A stretch of 62,271 nt of DNA, the filler included, from Platydemus manokwari (lineage: Eukaryota): assembly GCA_037951405.1 (NCBI GenBank). It is 5 parts of 5 records of this genome, joined end to end, with 100 filler letters (N's around TTAATTAATTAA, not from the genome) between each part and the next. Parts side by side here need not be neighbours in the genome. Positions count along the whole stretch, not along the records: positions 35,428 to 50,740 come from JBBMOY011303650.1; 4 more parts are not named here. The stretch is one strand, 5' to 3'. How positions within the stretch are numbered: the first letter of the stretch is position 1; each line of letters starts with the position of its first letter. This document shows positions 35,991-50,127 of the stretch, in pieces. The notes under the pieces were generated by a model. The model did no database searches. It was not told where the DNA came from and saw only the letters and a list, made by a program, of their open reading frames with translations. The position numbers were made by a program, and so were the translations under genes.

Positions 35991-38900
35991 AATGAGTAAT
36001 AATAATAAGTACAACAGAAATCAATCTTTTACAGAATATAAATATACATTATATATTATTGGTTTGTTATATTTGATCATATCTATCAATATTTGAAAAT
36101 TTATTTTCTATTATTAATATATTTTAACTACTTAAAACCAATTCTAACTAGCTATTGTCTTTCTGAGTTAAGATAAAACAATTAAATTTTCATGTTTGTC
36201 ATAAAAGATAATTCATATTTATAGTCAATTGAAAATGATAATGAAATAATCTAAAATTCAAGACCAAATAAATTTCCAAATCAACGAAATCGATTCTAAA
36301 CCAAAAATGTTTCAATCATAAATTGTCGTCAACAATATCTTAATTCATTCTAATGATATTACTTAATAATTTGTATATTATTATGCTAATTAATTTATGA
36401 TTTTTTATCCGAAATGCAATACATTTTCATATCATTCCATAGTCCATACAAATCATATGAATTTCATTTCTTATTTAAGTTTTGATTTGTTGTAATACGA
36501 TTATTTTGTATGATAAGGTTTTGATGAGTAAAACATTTAAATTTTGTTTTATTCTCCTTTAGTTCAATTTGCTTCTAAAGAGAAAATGTAATATCATGTA
36601 TGTCTATATTAAAATATTTGCTAACGATTTATAAAATTGATAATCTTATTATGTGTATTACAAGGTCACTCATAGCTAACGTCAATACCATTATAAATAT
36701 AGAACTGTAAAACCTGATTCTTGGTTTAAAGATAAATTTTGTCTAAAAGTTGCTTCGCACTTCATTCGGCTGATGAATCTAGAAATTGCTTTTATCAGAT
36801 TGTGATTCATGTGGCTTTTATTGAGTGAATAAACTTATACAGATTTATAAATTGATAAAGATACATAAACGGAACAATTTAAAGTTACATATTTTACAAA
36901 ATCAACATTTAATTTCTCGCAAACATCCTAAATAGTAAATTATGTTGTAATAATTACAATTTCTTATATACAATACTAGACATTGTATTTTATTACTTTT
37001 TATTGAGACTGAAATCTCGCTAGCTACTGACCTGGTTTATATAGATGAATAAGAATTTGTTTGGTGTTTATAATTTTTGAACTCTATCTAAATGTTTGAA
37101 TTTAGCACTTTCCTCTTTAACACTATCGTTAGCACATGATCCTATATATATATATATATATATTTATATATAAGTTAAGTTAAATTCACAATCCGTCATA
37201 ATATTTATTTGAAAAAACTGCCATCAACCGCCAATCAATTATTTAAACAAACACCATGTGTTTATTTATTTAATCACGTTACTTATAGTATCTTTAATAA
37301 TAAACGAACGTAATATTAATTTATAGGACTTAATAAAACTTTGTAAACATGAACCCATTTCAATCATGCAAGGCATGATGGCACTTAGAGCTTTATCTAA
37401 AGAAAAATGCATATAAATATAAAGTTATATTAACCACATCTGTGATCATAGACTAACCTCTTGGAAAGACTCCAGCATTCTGGCACTCCATGTTTTGGAA
37501 TCTTGGTCTGCTAAATTTATGGTAAAATATTATTTTGATGAAATAAATATTTGTTTTGATTTTTTAAATAAAAGTTGCTTTTTTCAAAACATAAGTATTT
37601 AATCTGGATTCAGAAATAAGTACAAAATGCAAACATTAATTGAAAAACTGACCATAATTTTTATTGAATTTAAAAATAAAAGCACGCTCACCAATAATTT
37701 GAATAAAACTCTTTCAGCTTAAAAGATGTATAAATTATATATTAATAATTTTCTGGGAAAATGAAAGGAAGATGGATTAAAAGAGTTTAAAGAATTTACT
37801 TAAGTCAGTACTAGGATAATGAGGAAATTGTTTTAATTTTCAGATCTGACTGATCTAAACAATCATGATAAATTATCGTATCATCTCTAACCATGGAGTT
37901 TTTTACATAACTTGCCTTCTGGAATTTCTAATTTTTTTCTAAAACAATTTTAATAAATTTGAAACGTACTAAACTATATCTATAGATGAAAATTGTAATA
38001 AATTTTAGACAACAACTAATTAAATTTCTAAAATCATAGAGACGATACGTTTGGATCATGGTTGCTAAATTTCTTATAATTATCAATTACCTAATTGGTA
38101 TTACTTCTGTTTTACATTGCTCCTTTGATTTCTATTTATTAGTTTTTCGTTCACCTCACACTCTAATTATAATATAAAGATTGCTAGACTAGCAGAAGTA
38201 ATGTTTTATTTTTGATATCAGTCTCGCAGACACCTTATTTAACAGTATAATTCACTAACTATAACTACTAACCAAGTCAAATATGGTGAGGGTTGATAAT
38301 GAAGTTAAATTTTTAACTAACATGTTGAGGGTCTCCACATATTCAAAAATTCCAATATTTCAAACATTTCCATATTTTCAACACAATCTTAATATTCCAA
38401 AATCATTCTCAAACATCACTCTCAAACAAAAAAAATCTAATTACAAATTCTGACATGCCAAATTTCGCTAAATATTCAACTAAATGTATAATCCAACAAT
38501 CCAAAATTGATCCAATTCGATATTTTGAATCTTTAACTTTTATATTGATTGAACCTTAAACTTTTAAATTGATTGAGTCCTTTGAATTATTAAAAATCTT
38601 GTATCGCTCTTGTTTGATGCGATGGTTATTCGCGATAGTAATATTTTATAATTATCATTTTTTATGATTATGATTTCAAATAATTATCTCTTTATATTAT
38701 TTTAATTTTAAAAATCTTTGTAAATTGTAAATTTGAATAACTGAAAATAATAACAATAATCATTTAATAATTAATTAATTTCATTAATCTTTTATTAGCC
38801 TTCACCTTTTTTTACCGATATCTATCGAGTAGATATTTATTAACAATCTATTTACGTATTGTAAAGTGTTCTGGCAAATTTTGTCGTTCTTTTGAATTTT

Positions 38901-40412
38901 GTTAAATTTTCGCTTTCTTAAATAAATCTTGTTAATATTAACAGAGTCGTTATTATTCTCCACACACATTGAATAATAGTATTTATATTAATTTATTATT
39001 ATGAACGTTTAGTGCCAGACAAGCTTGCTGTAGGGAGACTAACGATCCCTATTTGTAACAGTCAATTTATATAGCTTAAAATCTTTAGGTATTTCGACAT
39101 CATACAAGTCACTGAAGCCCTCTAAGACCAGGGAGAAAATATAAAACATCTCAACATAGCATATTTTTAATATACAAATGATGTATCACTAATTATAAAA
39201 CTTTTGAAATCAGTGATACATATCACCACTAAAATTAGTAAAAATATTGTAAAATAAGAAAAACCAAAAGAAATTATCCGATGTTGAAGGAATCTGAAGT
39301 GGATGCAAAATACTTTTATTAAATTTCATGGTATGTCGGCAACTTTTGAATATCAGATACTACTGTGATTATCGTCAAAGGAGATTTAGGGATTTGTGGA
39401 AGGGGATTATTAATTTATACAATTTTCATAGCATTATTATAATTAACTTTGATTATAAGTTAATTAATTTCATTAAAATTTTAATCTTATTAATTTTTAG
39501 CAGAAGTCTCTTCCATTTGTTTTGGTAATATTCCTTGTGTGGGTAGGTAGGCAGCCATCTTTTTTTCAGTAGTGTATTGCGATTTTCCAATTTTTCTTGT
39601 TATTTTGTATCTTGTTAAATTTTCTGATTTCCTAAATATATTTTATTAACACAGTTTGCAAATATTAATCTCTATACGAAGTAAATAATAATATAAATAT
39701 TATTGTCTACATTTAGTACTAAACCATTTCACTTCAGTGGGTAGATAATTCTTGTTGCAACAATCAATTGGGTTGAAACGATAAAATTAAATAGCAGAAT
39801 CCACTATAAAATTTTACTACAATATGATTAAATTTTATCCGATGAGATTCTTAGGTTCAACCCTTCATATGTTTTTTAATCACGTTGATATTTTTCTTAT
39901 ATTTTGACCTGTTTCTGTGAATTGTTAATTTTTCTTTGAGTTAGTTTTGAAAAATTTTTTGCTAGTAATATTGACCGCATTTACGACATTACAACACACT
40001 TTCATTTTTACATGCCATTTTTCTTAGCAATTGTTTTTCGGTTAATTATTTATTTCCTATTTTACAATTTTAGTTTTCCTTTATCGTTATTATTGTTTCG
40101 TTTATTAAAGAAAACTATGATATTTATATTTTAAGGTTTTTGCATTTATTTTTTACTATAATCGATTTTGTATTTTTACAATCTTTTAATTAAACGAATT
40201 CATTTTAAAAATTAAAATTTAAAAAACTTTCGTAAGCCATGTAATTAAATGTTTATGTAATTAAAATTTTATTTAGAATAATTATTCAATTTCCACAAAT
40301 ATGTATTTTATTATTTTTAATGTTATGAATTAAAATGAGATTTGAACTAGAAATTATTGATTGATTTAATTTTCAAATTAATTATTATCTCTCATTAATA
40401 ATGTGACAAAAA

Positions 40413-43400
40413 ATGATTTCAAATGTTAGTAATTGTTGGGCGCCATCTGATACAACATTGGAAAATTTAATGTACCAGACACACCAATGTCATGATAATA
40501 CTAACGAGGATATTGAAATGGTTAAGAAAATGTTGAATAATATTAAAATAGAATTATCATTTATTAATGGATTTACGGATAACGAAATTAAAAATCAAAG
40601 CAATGTTGTGAGAATTAAATTAAAATCTTATGAGAATCAGATAAATAAATCAATTCGAAGAATCGTTAATAAACAAAATACTGTAACAGAAATATCAGAC
40701 AAAATTGATGTTTTCAGTAAAAATATTTTTTCAGAGCTTGAAGCCAGCGAGTTATACGAAGGTTAGGCGATTATTTTCAATAATTTTTAATTTTCAATTT
40801 GTTTTTTTTTAATTATTTAAGGTCATACTCAGAAAGAATCTAATCATTTCAATATGTGGAATAAAAACACTCGATTCGTTAATTTAAAAAAATATCATCA
40901 TCAATTGGAAAAGTCTAAAGTACGAATTCTAAATGATATTGACAATCTTGATAAATTAAATCGGTTAGTGAATGAAACTCAAGCTCAATTACAAACAATC
41001 TATCGAAAAATTCCCAAAATATCTCAGCCAACTAAAATCAACAATAATAACATTTCTGAATCTGAAAAAGAAAAACTCAAAAGTGAATGCAATAAAAGTA
41101 GACCCAGTTTAAGCATAAGCGATGAAAAACTTCTCATTTTGAATAAAGCCCAAATCAAAGAAGAGTTAAGAAAGAATTGCAAAGCATCTTTTGAGAAAGA
41201 AAGAAAACTTTCCGAAGATTTGCGATGGGAAGAAAAAATGAAAATGATAGAAAAGTATAATATTTATAAGGAACATGTAAAAAAAACTAATGATAAACGA
41301 AGATATGTATCATTAAAGGATAGTTCCGATAACATGCCTGATTCTTTGTTGTCCTCATCGATAAAAGATTTGTCGATAATATTCAATGAACAAAACAGTC
41401 ATGAGGAAGAAAGAAAAGCTTTAGAATTAAAAGGATCCAAGAAACTCGAAAAAATAAGGATATCTGATATAATATCAGAAGAGTATAAGCAGAATGGTGA
41501 AGATAATAAAATAGAACATAAAACAGTGGATGATTTGATATTAGAAAAAGAAACAAGTTCAGAAAAAGACGATAATGAAGAAATAATAAAATCAAGAAAA
41601 ACTACAGATAAATTAAAAATCTCCCCAGTGAACGATGAGAATAAATTATCCCAAAATGATTGGTTAAAAAAGAGTATTTTTTCAGATAATAATTTAGACA
41701 GCATTGAAACCGATTCACAAAAAGCAACTAAAAATCAGCCAGATACAATTCCCGTTATCGATGCTAAGACAGGCAAACTTGTATTAAGTAAAAGGTCAAA
41801 GAGATCAAATGTTTTGAGCAAGTGCGAAAAAACATTGAGACCAAAGGTTTTTGGTGATTTCTCGATTCAGAAAAATCTTACTTTGATTAGAAAATCAAAA
41901 CCATCTATGCCAAAATTTACAGACGTAAAAAGAATGTCACCAACAGAAAACAAATCAGCTCAACCAATCAAACAAGGATTGGAAACTCAGAACACTGGAT
42001 ATTCAGAGGAGAATTTTTCACTTCAATATACAAAGATTGACAATTCTTCACTAAATTTAGTAAATAAATTGAGCATTAGTAAAATTAATGAGAAAACAAA
42101 TGAAAAGTTTAAAGAATTTGATCCCAGTCAACCAGAATTGAAATCTTCTGTCCGTCCACAAACTGATGCCACTTCGTCAATGTACAATGAACAAATCCAA
42201 AGTCAGAGATATTCTAAAATCGATCAAAGCGTTGATAAATCAGATAAAAATTTATTCATTAATAATGAAACAATATCAAATGAAAATTTGGTGAAAGATC
42301 ATGAAGAAAAGTTTCGTCCATTCAAACGAGGATTTAATTGTTGTGACAGTATGAAAATGGAAAGAAAAATTAGCAAAGAAAACTTTCCAATAAATCAGGA
42401 TAATAATCAAGATCAATCAATTTACAATAATAAAGCTGATGCATACCCAATTTCAAATAAAGAATTTTCAAATAAACTTAAAAATGAATCAATTATCAAA
42501 TCCGTTCAGAATAAATCCCAAATTGAAAACCAACCGAAAATCGTAAATTATTCGAAGAAAAATAAAATACCAAATCAAACAACCAAGAAAAATGAATTCA
42601 CGAAATTAAATAAAATGGCTAACAAATCACTGGAATGTAAGGATGTAAAATTTAGAGAAAATAAAACAAATCCAACCAATCAATTTAGACATTTAAAAAC
42701 AGATTCGCCTAAAATGGATGAAAAAGTGAAACCGCAAAATAAGATTGAAGACACCGATGTCATTGCTCCACAATTTGAATTACAAAGAGACCATGTAGCA
42801 ACTAATAAAACGGATAGTTATTCAAAATGCGGAAAATTTTTCTGTCAAGATATAACATTCAAAAAAATTATGAATGATTTAAATCAAACCAAACCTCAGA
42901 TTCTTGACTCACAAACTTATGAAAATAAAAGATCGAGCTTAAACGGAAAGAAATCACTTTCACCAGGTCAAAAAGAATTACTCTTAAATAAAAATCAAGG
43001 TAAAGAGGAGGATATGAAAGAAAAAACTAGAATCATAGATGATAGCAACAAGCCTTATACTTCACCGGAAAATTTGTCATTGAAGAAAACATGTTGTGCT
43101 GATATTTTTAATAGGAAAATTTGCATATCTTGTCAAACTAACCAAGTTAAAGATAAATATAATCAAACCGATTTAAATAATCTCAAATCTCAGGAATTTG
43201 AATCTATTATTATTACAGATGAACTCGCTGAGAAGTCAAAAGATGTGGACGTTTCAAAAACATCAGATCAAGATATCAAAGTTCCATCAAAAATATACCT
43301 AACGGATGAAACTAATAAGACAGAAGAATCCATTGTGAAGGAAAATAAACAATGCATTGACATTTCGATGAAAAAATTATGCACCTGTGGCAAAACGAAA

Positions 43401-46400
43401 ACAATCAAGAACCTTTCTACAGAGAATAAATATCAATTTGATGAAGAAAAGGAAACTGTTACAGCGGACTATACGTTTGATTCACAATCACGCGAACTGA
43501 AAACTCCAAGGTCATTAGAAAACCTGATTGATGATAAAATAAATAAATTCAAAGATACCAAGAAATCTTTTAATAATGATATTAATGATTTGAGAACGGT
43601 TTCAGAAAATGAAATCAAAAAAGATGATTTAATAAAATCCAAACAAAATAGGAAAGTTTGTTTTTTCAATGTGTGCACAAGGTGTGATAGAAAAATGAAA
43701 GACATTTCCAATCAAACTAAACCAGAAGATCTTGAAAATAAAACTGAATTTTCCATGACTCTTGAAAAAAAGGAAACGATGATGTCATCAGACAGCATTA
43801 TCTGTCAATCTGAAAGAAAGAACGCAGACCTCATAGACAATATGACTGTATCAACTAAATCTAAAGAAATTGGACTAGACAGCACCGAAAAAATAACTAT
43901 TGGATATTTTGAAGAACTTTCTAATGAAATCCACGAAAACATCGAAACCAAAGAAGAAATTCTTGAAGGTAAATATAATAAAATGAAATTGATATCATCA
44001 TGTTGTTCTTATAAAATGAAGCCAGTTGAAAACAAGGGAAATATTTACGAAAATGAAAAACTAGAAAATGTATTATTAAATGACAAACAATCACAATACA
44101 GTGACGTTGTCAAATCAGATAATTTGGTAAATAAACAAAACGATAAATATTTTGAACATGAAGTAAGTAAACCAATAAAATGTAATATTCATGATAAAGA
44201 AGTCAGCATATTAGAGAAACCCATTGATGAAAATATCAATGAAGAAATATTAAAAAAATCTGATTTGAAATTAAAAGATCATAACGATGTTGATGTCAGA
44301 AAAACAAATGTGGTATGTTGTAAAATTAATAGAACCAAAGAAATTCATCTGAAAAATGATGATAGAAATATTGAAGTAATAAATATAAATCAAAAATCAA
44401 AACCAATTGACAATGACATGCCGGTTTCAGTTAAAATTCAACAATCTAATCAACCCAATGTAGAAAAAACTGAAGTCGAAAAGTTGGATTCGACAATTTA
44501 TGTAAATAAGCGAGTATCAGTTGAATGCTGTATTGTCAATAAAACGTATATATATTATCGAATAAATGAAAATGAGAATCGGAAAGATAATGACATTAAA
44601 AATGATGATATGAATTTCCATAAAATTAATGGATCAGATAAGAATAAATATAAATCAATTGTGAATTCAGAAACAAAAGACTCAATGGTTGATAATGAAA
44701 GATTAGATTCGAAAATGAAATGTAAACTGTGTTCGAAAACAGAAACGGTCAAATCAAATCAATTGGCCCTCTCAAATTTGAAAAATCATGAAAGTGAACA
44801 TGATACTGGAAAGGAAATAATTTTTAATCATGAAAAGAATGATAGAAATGAATCTGATCGCATGAAATTTATTGATAATGAAAAGGAACCTCGGAAAAAT
44901 GATACAAATGATACTCGATTTGATGAGGACTTAAAAAATAATCCAAATAAAGCAAGAGTAGTTCGAAATGGTCAAATAAATTCATTAATCACAAATCAAA
45001 TAGAAAATAAACAAATTGAAATAGCTAATACAATGAATTCATTGATTTCCAAATCTGACAATGAGGAAAGAAAATTCACGAAAACATGTTGTCATAAAAT
45101 CATTACTAAATCCGAAAATCCATCACCAAAATCAGATCAAACCATAATCAAATCGGAAATTTCGATACAAGAAAAATACATAAATCTAGAATTAACAAAT
45201 CCAAATGTCACTGGAAAGGCTGATACAATAAAAGAATCTAAATATGATAGTCCATATTCACAAATACCTGATTTCTATGAAATAAACCTAACGAAAGATA
45301 AAAACGATAAATCATCAAGTGAATATACGAGATACAAATTTCCTTGTTGCAAAACTGATATTCTATCAGAAGAAATGAAACCCGATCGAGACAATTTTAA
45401 TAGTAAATTAATTAAGAATAAAGTCGATCATAACGAAATAATGGATAAATCTAATATGTTATACAAAATCCAATCAAAATCAGCTTTAGCTGATTCTGAA
45501 AACATTGAAAATACTGTCTTGTCAAGTAATTATTCCGATAATTCAATGACCGATAATGAAGTTCAAAATCAAATCTCAAAAGAGCTTGACACAAAGCATA
45601 CAAGAAAGATAAGCTGTTGTAAGAATACAGAAATTATTAACTCCACAAAAAAATTAAATGTCGAAGAAGTCCAATATATTATTAATTCTATCAGTAACGA
45701 AGACAAGGAAAAACTTCAGCGGGAAGCTCAAATGAGCGAAGGTGCCAGATTGATGGAGGAAATAAGAAGCGATGAACTTATAAACCAAACCAAAAACGAG
45801 GAATTGAAAAAAGAACAATTTATAAAGGATAAATTGAAACAATATAATCATTTGATTCAAATGGAGAAGGAAAGAAAAGAATTCAGAGCAAAATGTGAAG
45901 AAGAGCGAAGATCAAGAGAAGAAAAGCGACTTGTTGAAAAGTCAAAAATTGAAAACATATACAAATCAAAAGATAAATATAAATTGACTATCAGAAATTG
46001 TAGTAATACTTTTAATATGGACAAAATTACGGAAAGAGAAAGAAAACATCTATATGTATCGCCCATTTCTAATAAGTCATTAGAAACTATTTCGAACACG
46101 ATGAATAAAAATAAGAAATTACTTTTAACTCCTGGGATTGATTCATTGATCGATTTTTGTTCTCAATGCGATACTGCTAGAAACAGTCACAGAATAATTC
46201 CAATCGATAAAAACTATTATGTGGTTTCGCAGATGAATAACAATGTTATTCAAGAAACGGATAATAAAATAAAAAACAATAAATTTTATGACAATGTAGC
46301 TAGGCATATGAGTGAAAAGAATATTGTAAACCATAATGATAATGTCGTCAGGAATGAGAATAGGAACCACAAATTTAAAAACAATGAAAGTTTAAATGAT

Positions 46401-49400
46401 ATAACCAAGGTTCAATCTTCAAATGTCGACTGTATGGAAACAAATGAAACAAAAAAAACTATGAGAGATAAAAGGCATATTCGCAAATTTAACAGGAAAA
46501 TATCCATTGCTAAAAACTCATCTCATGATTCAAATTTTAACTCGGTTTCGAAAACAATTTCATGCACAAACACAATTGAAAATCAGCAAAATAATGGAGA
46601 AAATAATTCAATAGAAAAAATCATAGATGAAAGTCAGAAGATTATAAGAAGACAAAAATATAATATGGGCTACATAAGACAATCCAAATGTTCGATGAAA
46701 CATGATAATAAATTATCAGAATTAAAAACAAAAATCATGAGAGATCAAGTTCTCTACAATGAAACTATAAAAAGAAAAGGTCAGTCAATCGGAACTAAAA
46801 ACAATGACGAGGAATTAAATTCTAATATTGAAAGGCAAAGGAAATTGTGTTGCGAGTATCGTACAAATATCGTTTCAAACAATTCATCGCAAAGTCATAT
46901 CATTGAAATCAATCAAATCAACCAAAACAATGTCGAGAGTAACAGGAGTGAAAATCAAAATATTGAAATTAGAGAAAAATGTCATATTGGCTATAAGAGA
47001 AAATCCAAATTATCAGATGATAATGATAAAGCAAATGAAGAAATGAAACAACATATACATAGAGATACAACTTATGAGGAGAGTGATCACTCTGTAGATA
47101 AAAATATTAAAAAAAAGAATTCAGATTTAATTCAAAAGAAAAAATGTTGTTGCTGCGCATGTGGTTCAACAAATATTTCAAAAGAGGTATCCCAACGGGA
47201 ATCTGTAGATGTTCCTCAAATTGTCCGAGTATCAGATAATCAACCACCAAAAATATTAGAAGTAATCTCTGATGAAAATAAATCGGTAAATGAAATAGAT
47301 GAAGAAATTAATAAAGAAGCCAGCTTTGTAAATGAATGGGATGATAAGAAGCTAAATAATGGCGTTGATTCCGATAGAAAATCACAATCAATAAACGAAG
47401 ACATTAAAGATAATGCCGATGAATCAGAAAAAAAATCAATCGAAAAAGTAAACCCAGTACCAAAAGTTAAAAAAATCAAGAAAAAACATTATCCATACTT
47501 TGACGAGGAAGAAACAGTTGACACTACGGAACCTAATGATACATCTAATAATAAAGAACTTTGGAAAGAGACTTCCGATGAAATTTCAGACGATCATGAA
47601 AAAACTGATGACGACTTTATCATTCCACCAGACGATGCTAATAATTTTAAATATTGGCCAACATATTTGTGAGTTTTCGCAAAATGTTTAATATTTTCGT
47701 AATTTTGATTTTATAAATTACTCTTCGTTAGGGACATTTCTATTATAAAAAATGAAAACATGATTTTAAAAAGTTTTTTTATTGTTGTAACATTTGAAAC
47801 CAAGTTAAACAAGCGGCATTAGTATTTGATGTTCTAATTTCATTAATTTAGCAAAGCTAATTATTGAAGAAAACTAGAAGGGTGCAAATTTTCATAATAT
47901 AAGTGAATGGTTAGGAAAGTGGAATTACCTGGACATATTGTTGAAATCGATTTTAATTATTTTCAAGGCTCAAAATAATTGTTATGCACTGACTTATATC
48001 AAGTTGGAATTGGATTAAGATTAATTTAATTTTATAACACAGTCGAACATCTAAGTTTATAATTTGATTAAAGCCATTATTTAAAAATATAATTAGAATA
48101 TTAAGTTAATTTGTTAAGTAAACTTATTCTGTTATTTCTTTTTCAACAAATACTTCATGAGAAAGAATATTCACTTTAGTTAGTCGTAAGAATAAATTGA
48201 AATAATTAATGTAAATATCGGTTCATTTTTTTATTAAGATATTGGATCAAACCTGAAGGGTCACCAACAAAAAAGATTGGATGCATATTGAAAGCTAAAC
48301 CAAATAGTATATTTCGAAAGAAAAACTTAATTTGTCGAGCAATTCCATCATCCAAAGTATTGCCACCAATTGATTTGAAAGAAGATATTGCTAGTTTACC
48401 ATTCGAACTAATTCCTCATGAAGAAGCCCCTGAGTTTAATGTAATATATGCTAATTATTTAATTGATTTAAAACACAATTAGTTTACAATATCTAAAATA
48501 TAATGCTCTTTGTATATAAAACTTGCTTTTTCTACGTTTTGTAAAGGCAGTAAAATTATGAGTTATTTATTAAAATTGGCGTGTTGGATGTGGATATTTA
48601 TCCATACGATCACTTCGGCAGTGGAAGTTCGAAGGTACTTTTCTTAATATAAGATTTGTTAAATATACGCTATTATTAACAAGTTTCAATCAATAAATAG
48701 AAATAAAAAAGATCATTGATTTGAAAAAACTTTTATTAAAATAATTCTATAAATAACAAACGATTTTGTCTATTCACAATTTTCAGTATGCACAACAATA
48801 ACAGAATAATTATTATTATCAATTATAATTGCAAAGTTAATTTGGTATAGGATATTAACGATCAACATATAAACCGTGACTAAATATTCCGAGCTAATAT
48901 AATCCAGCTACATCAAAAACCCTTTAATTTAATTGTTAATTATTATAAATGATATTCTATCAAACAAATAATAACAAATGTCCTATTACTTAAACGTTTA
49001 ACTCAACCTTGATTTAAAAAAAATGGATTTCTCGGTGAAAACCTTTATTTCAATTTATTTATTTCATTTTATTTTGGGTTTGGCCTTAACAGAAATCTGC
49101 ACTTAAAACCCGTATAGTATTCTTCCTACTTTCAACAATAGTAAAGTTAAATATGAAGATTTTGCGAAGATATCCTTAAACATGATTTAAATGTCGTTTT
49201 ATTGTTTGAAATGAAATATTTTCAAGGATTATTAACAGAAAAATATTATCTTATCCATAGGCATTTCTTTATTTATTATTGATAAGAAAATAAGACATGT
49301 AAAATTTTTATATAAAATATAAATTAGAAATAATATACGAAATTAATGAGAAATATCTCATATTATTTCAACTATTAAAGTTTGAAAATCCTTGGAAGAT

Positions 49401-49859
49401 AATCATACCTCATATTTTGCCTAAAAACCACCCCAAAGAACCAGTGATACTGATGCTGAACGAAGAACAAACAGAATGGATTGAATTGCCAACATCCGAA
49501 ATAAATATGGATGAACTTAAAGAACATAAACTAAGATTTGTTGAGTCTAAATTAGAAAAACCATCAGGTATTTTCATCATTCAAACAAAAACGAAAATTG
49601 ATACTGGAATCATAAACAAACACGGTGCTCGTATTTCGAGTTCAATTGATAGTCGAGTATTTTTATCAGTTCCTGCTGGTGCAATTAGAATTACCCTAAA
49701 TACTTCTCTAAAGGTTATTTAACTAAAATTCAATATTTTATATTAATAAATTTTTTCAGATAATTATGGTTGATCAAAATTTTTGGAAGGAATTGAAGAG
49801 TAAATTAGACAAGAATCCATTAGAACAAGTTGTTTCTTCATCTCATCTTATTGAATTCA
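40413..49859 (+). CDS. DTHD1: Death domain-containing protein 1-like (tandem ZU5) with a giant low-complexity N-terminus; exons 40413-40761, 40822-47668, 48239-48440, 49381-49713, 49760-49859; 3' end missing
   Basis: All four introns are GT-AG with matching phases (1, 2, 0, 0), giving ~2610 codons. The C-terminal exons read IGCILKAKP..LICR, ASLPFEL..F..PWKIIIPH, SGIFII..., GARISSSIDSRVFLSVPAGAI..SLKIIMVD..VVSSSHLIEF. This is collinear with ZU5-A/ZU5-B as remembered for DTHD1 (SSMDSRISLNYPPG..LKIQPVD..STSPLI). No ankyrin repeats or LRRs, so not ankyrin or PIDD. Confidence 0.8.
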
Positions 49860-50127
49860 GTACGTTTATTAATTATAATTTGTATTTAATTTATTATTTT
49901 AAGAAAATGAATGAGTTGCTCATAAACAAGTATAAGTATAATATCGCTTAGCACTGACCTCGATTAGTAATCATAGTCTCAATTAAGTATTATTAACTAT
50001 TGAAAATAAAAGATAATTCGTCAACGGTTTCGTTATTATGAAACAAAGCGATGTACTTCAATACTTATTATATATCTAAATAAGGAAAATTATAATAACT
50101 TCTGTATGGTCAGTGTTAGTTGTACAA

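Noticed and set aside
36760-36815. CTGATGA...GAAA hammerhead-like string
   Set aside because: No stem II and no stem I complementarity.
41383-47479. Antisense ORFs overlapping the giant exon (and those at 59264 and 61559 in USP34)
   Set aside because: Shadow frames of the coding strand, Phe/Leu/Ser-rich as expected from the reverse complement of Lys/Glu/Asn codons.
48578-48640. tRNA/SINE-like stretch with GTTCGA and two small hairpins
   Set aside because: No acceptor stem or T-arm pairing, so a cloverleaf cannot be drawn.
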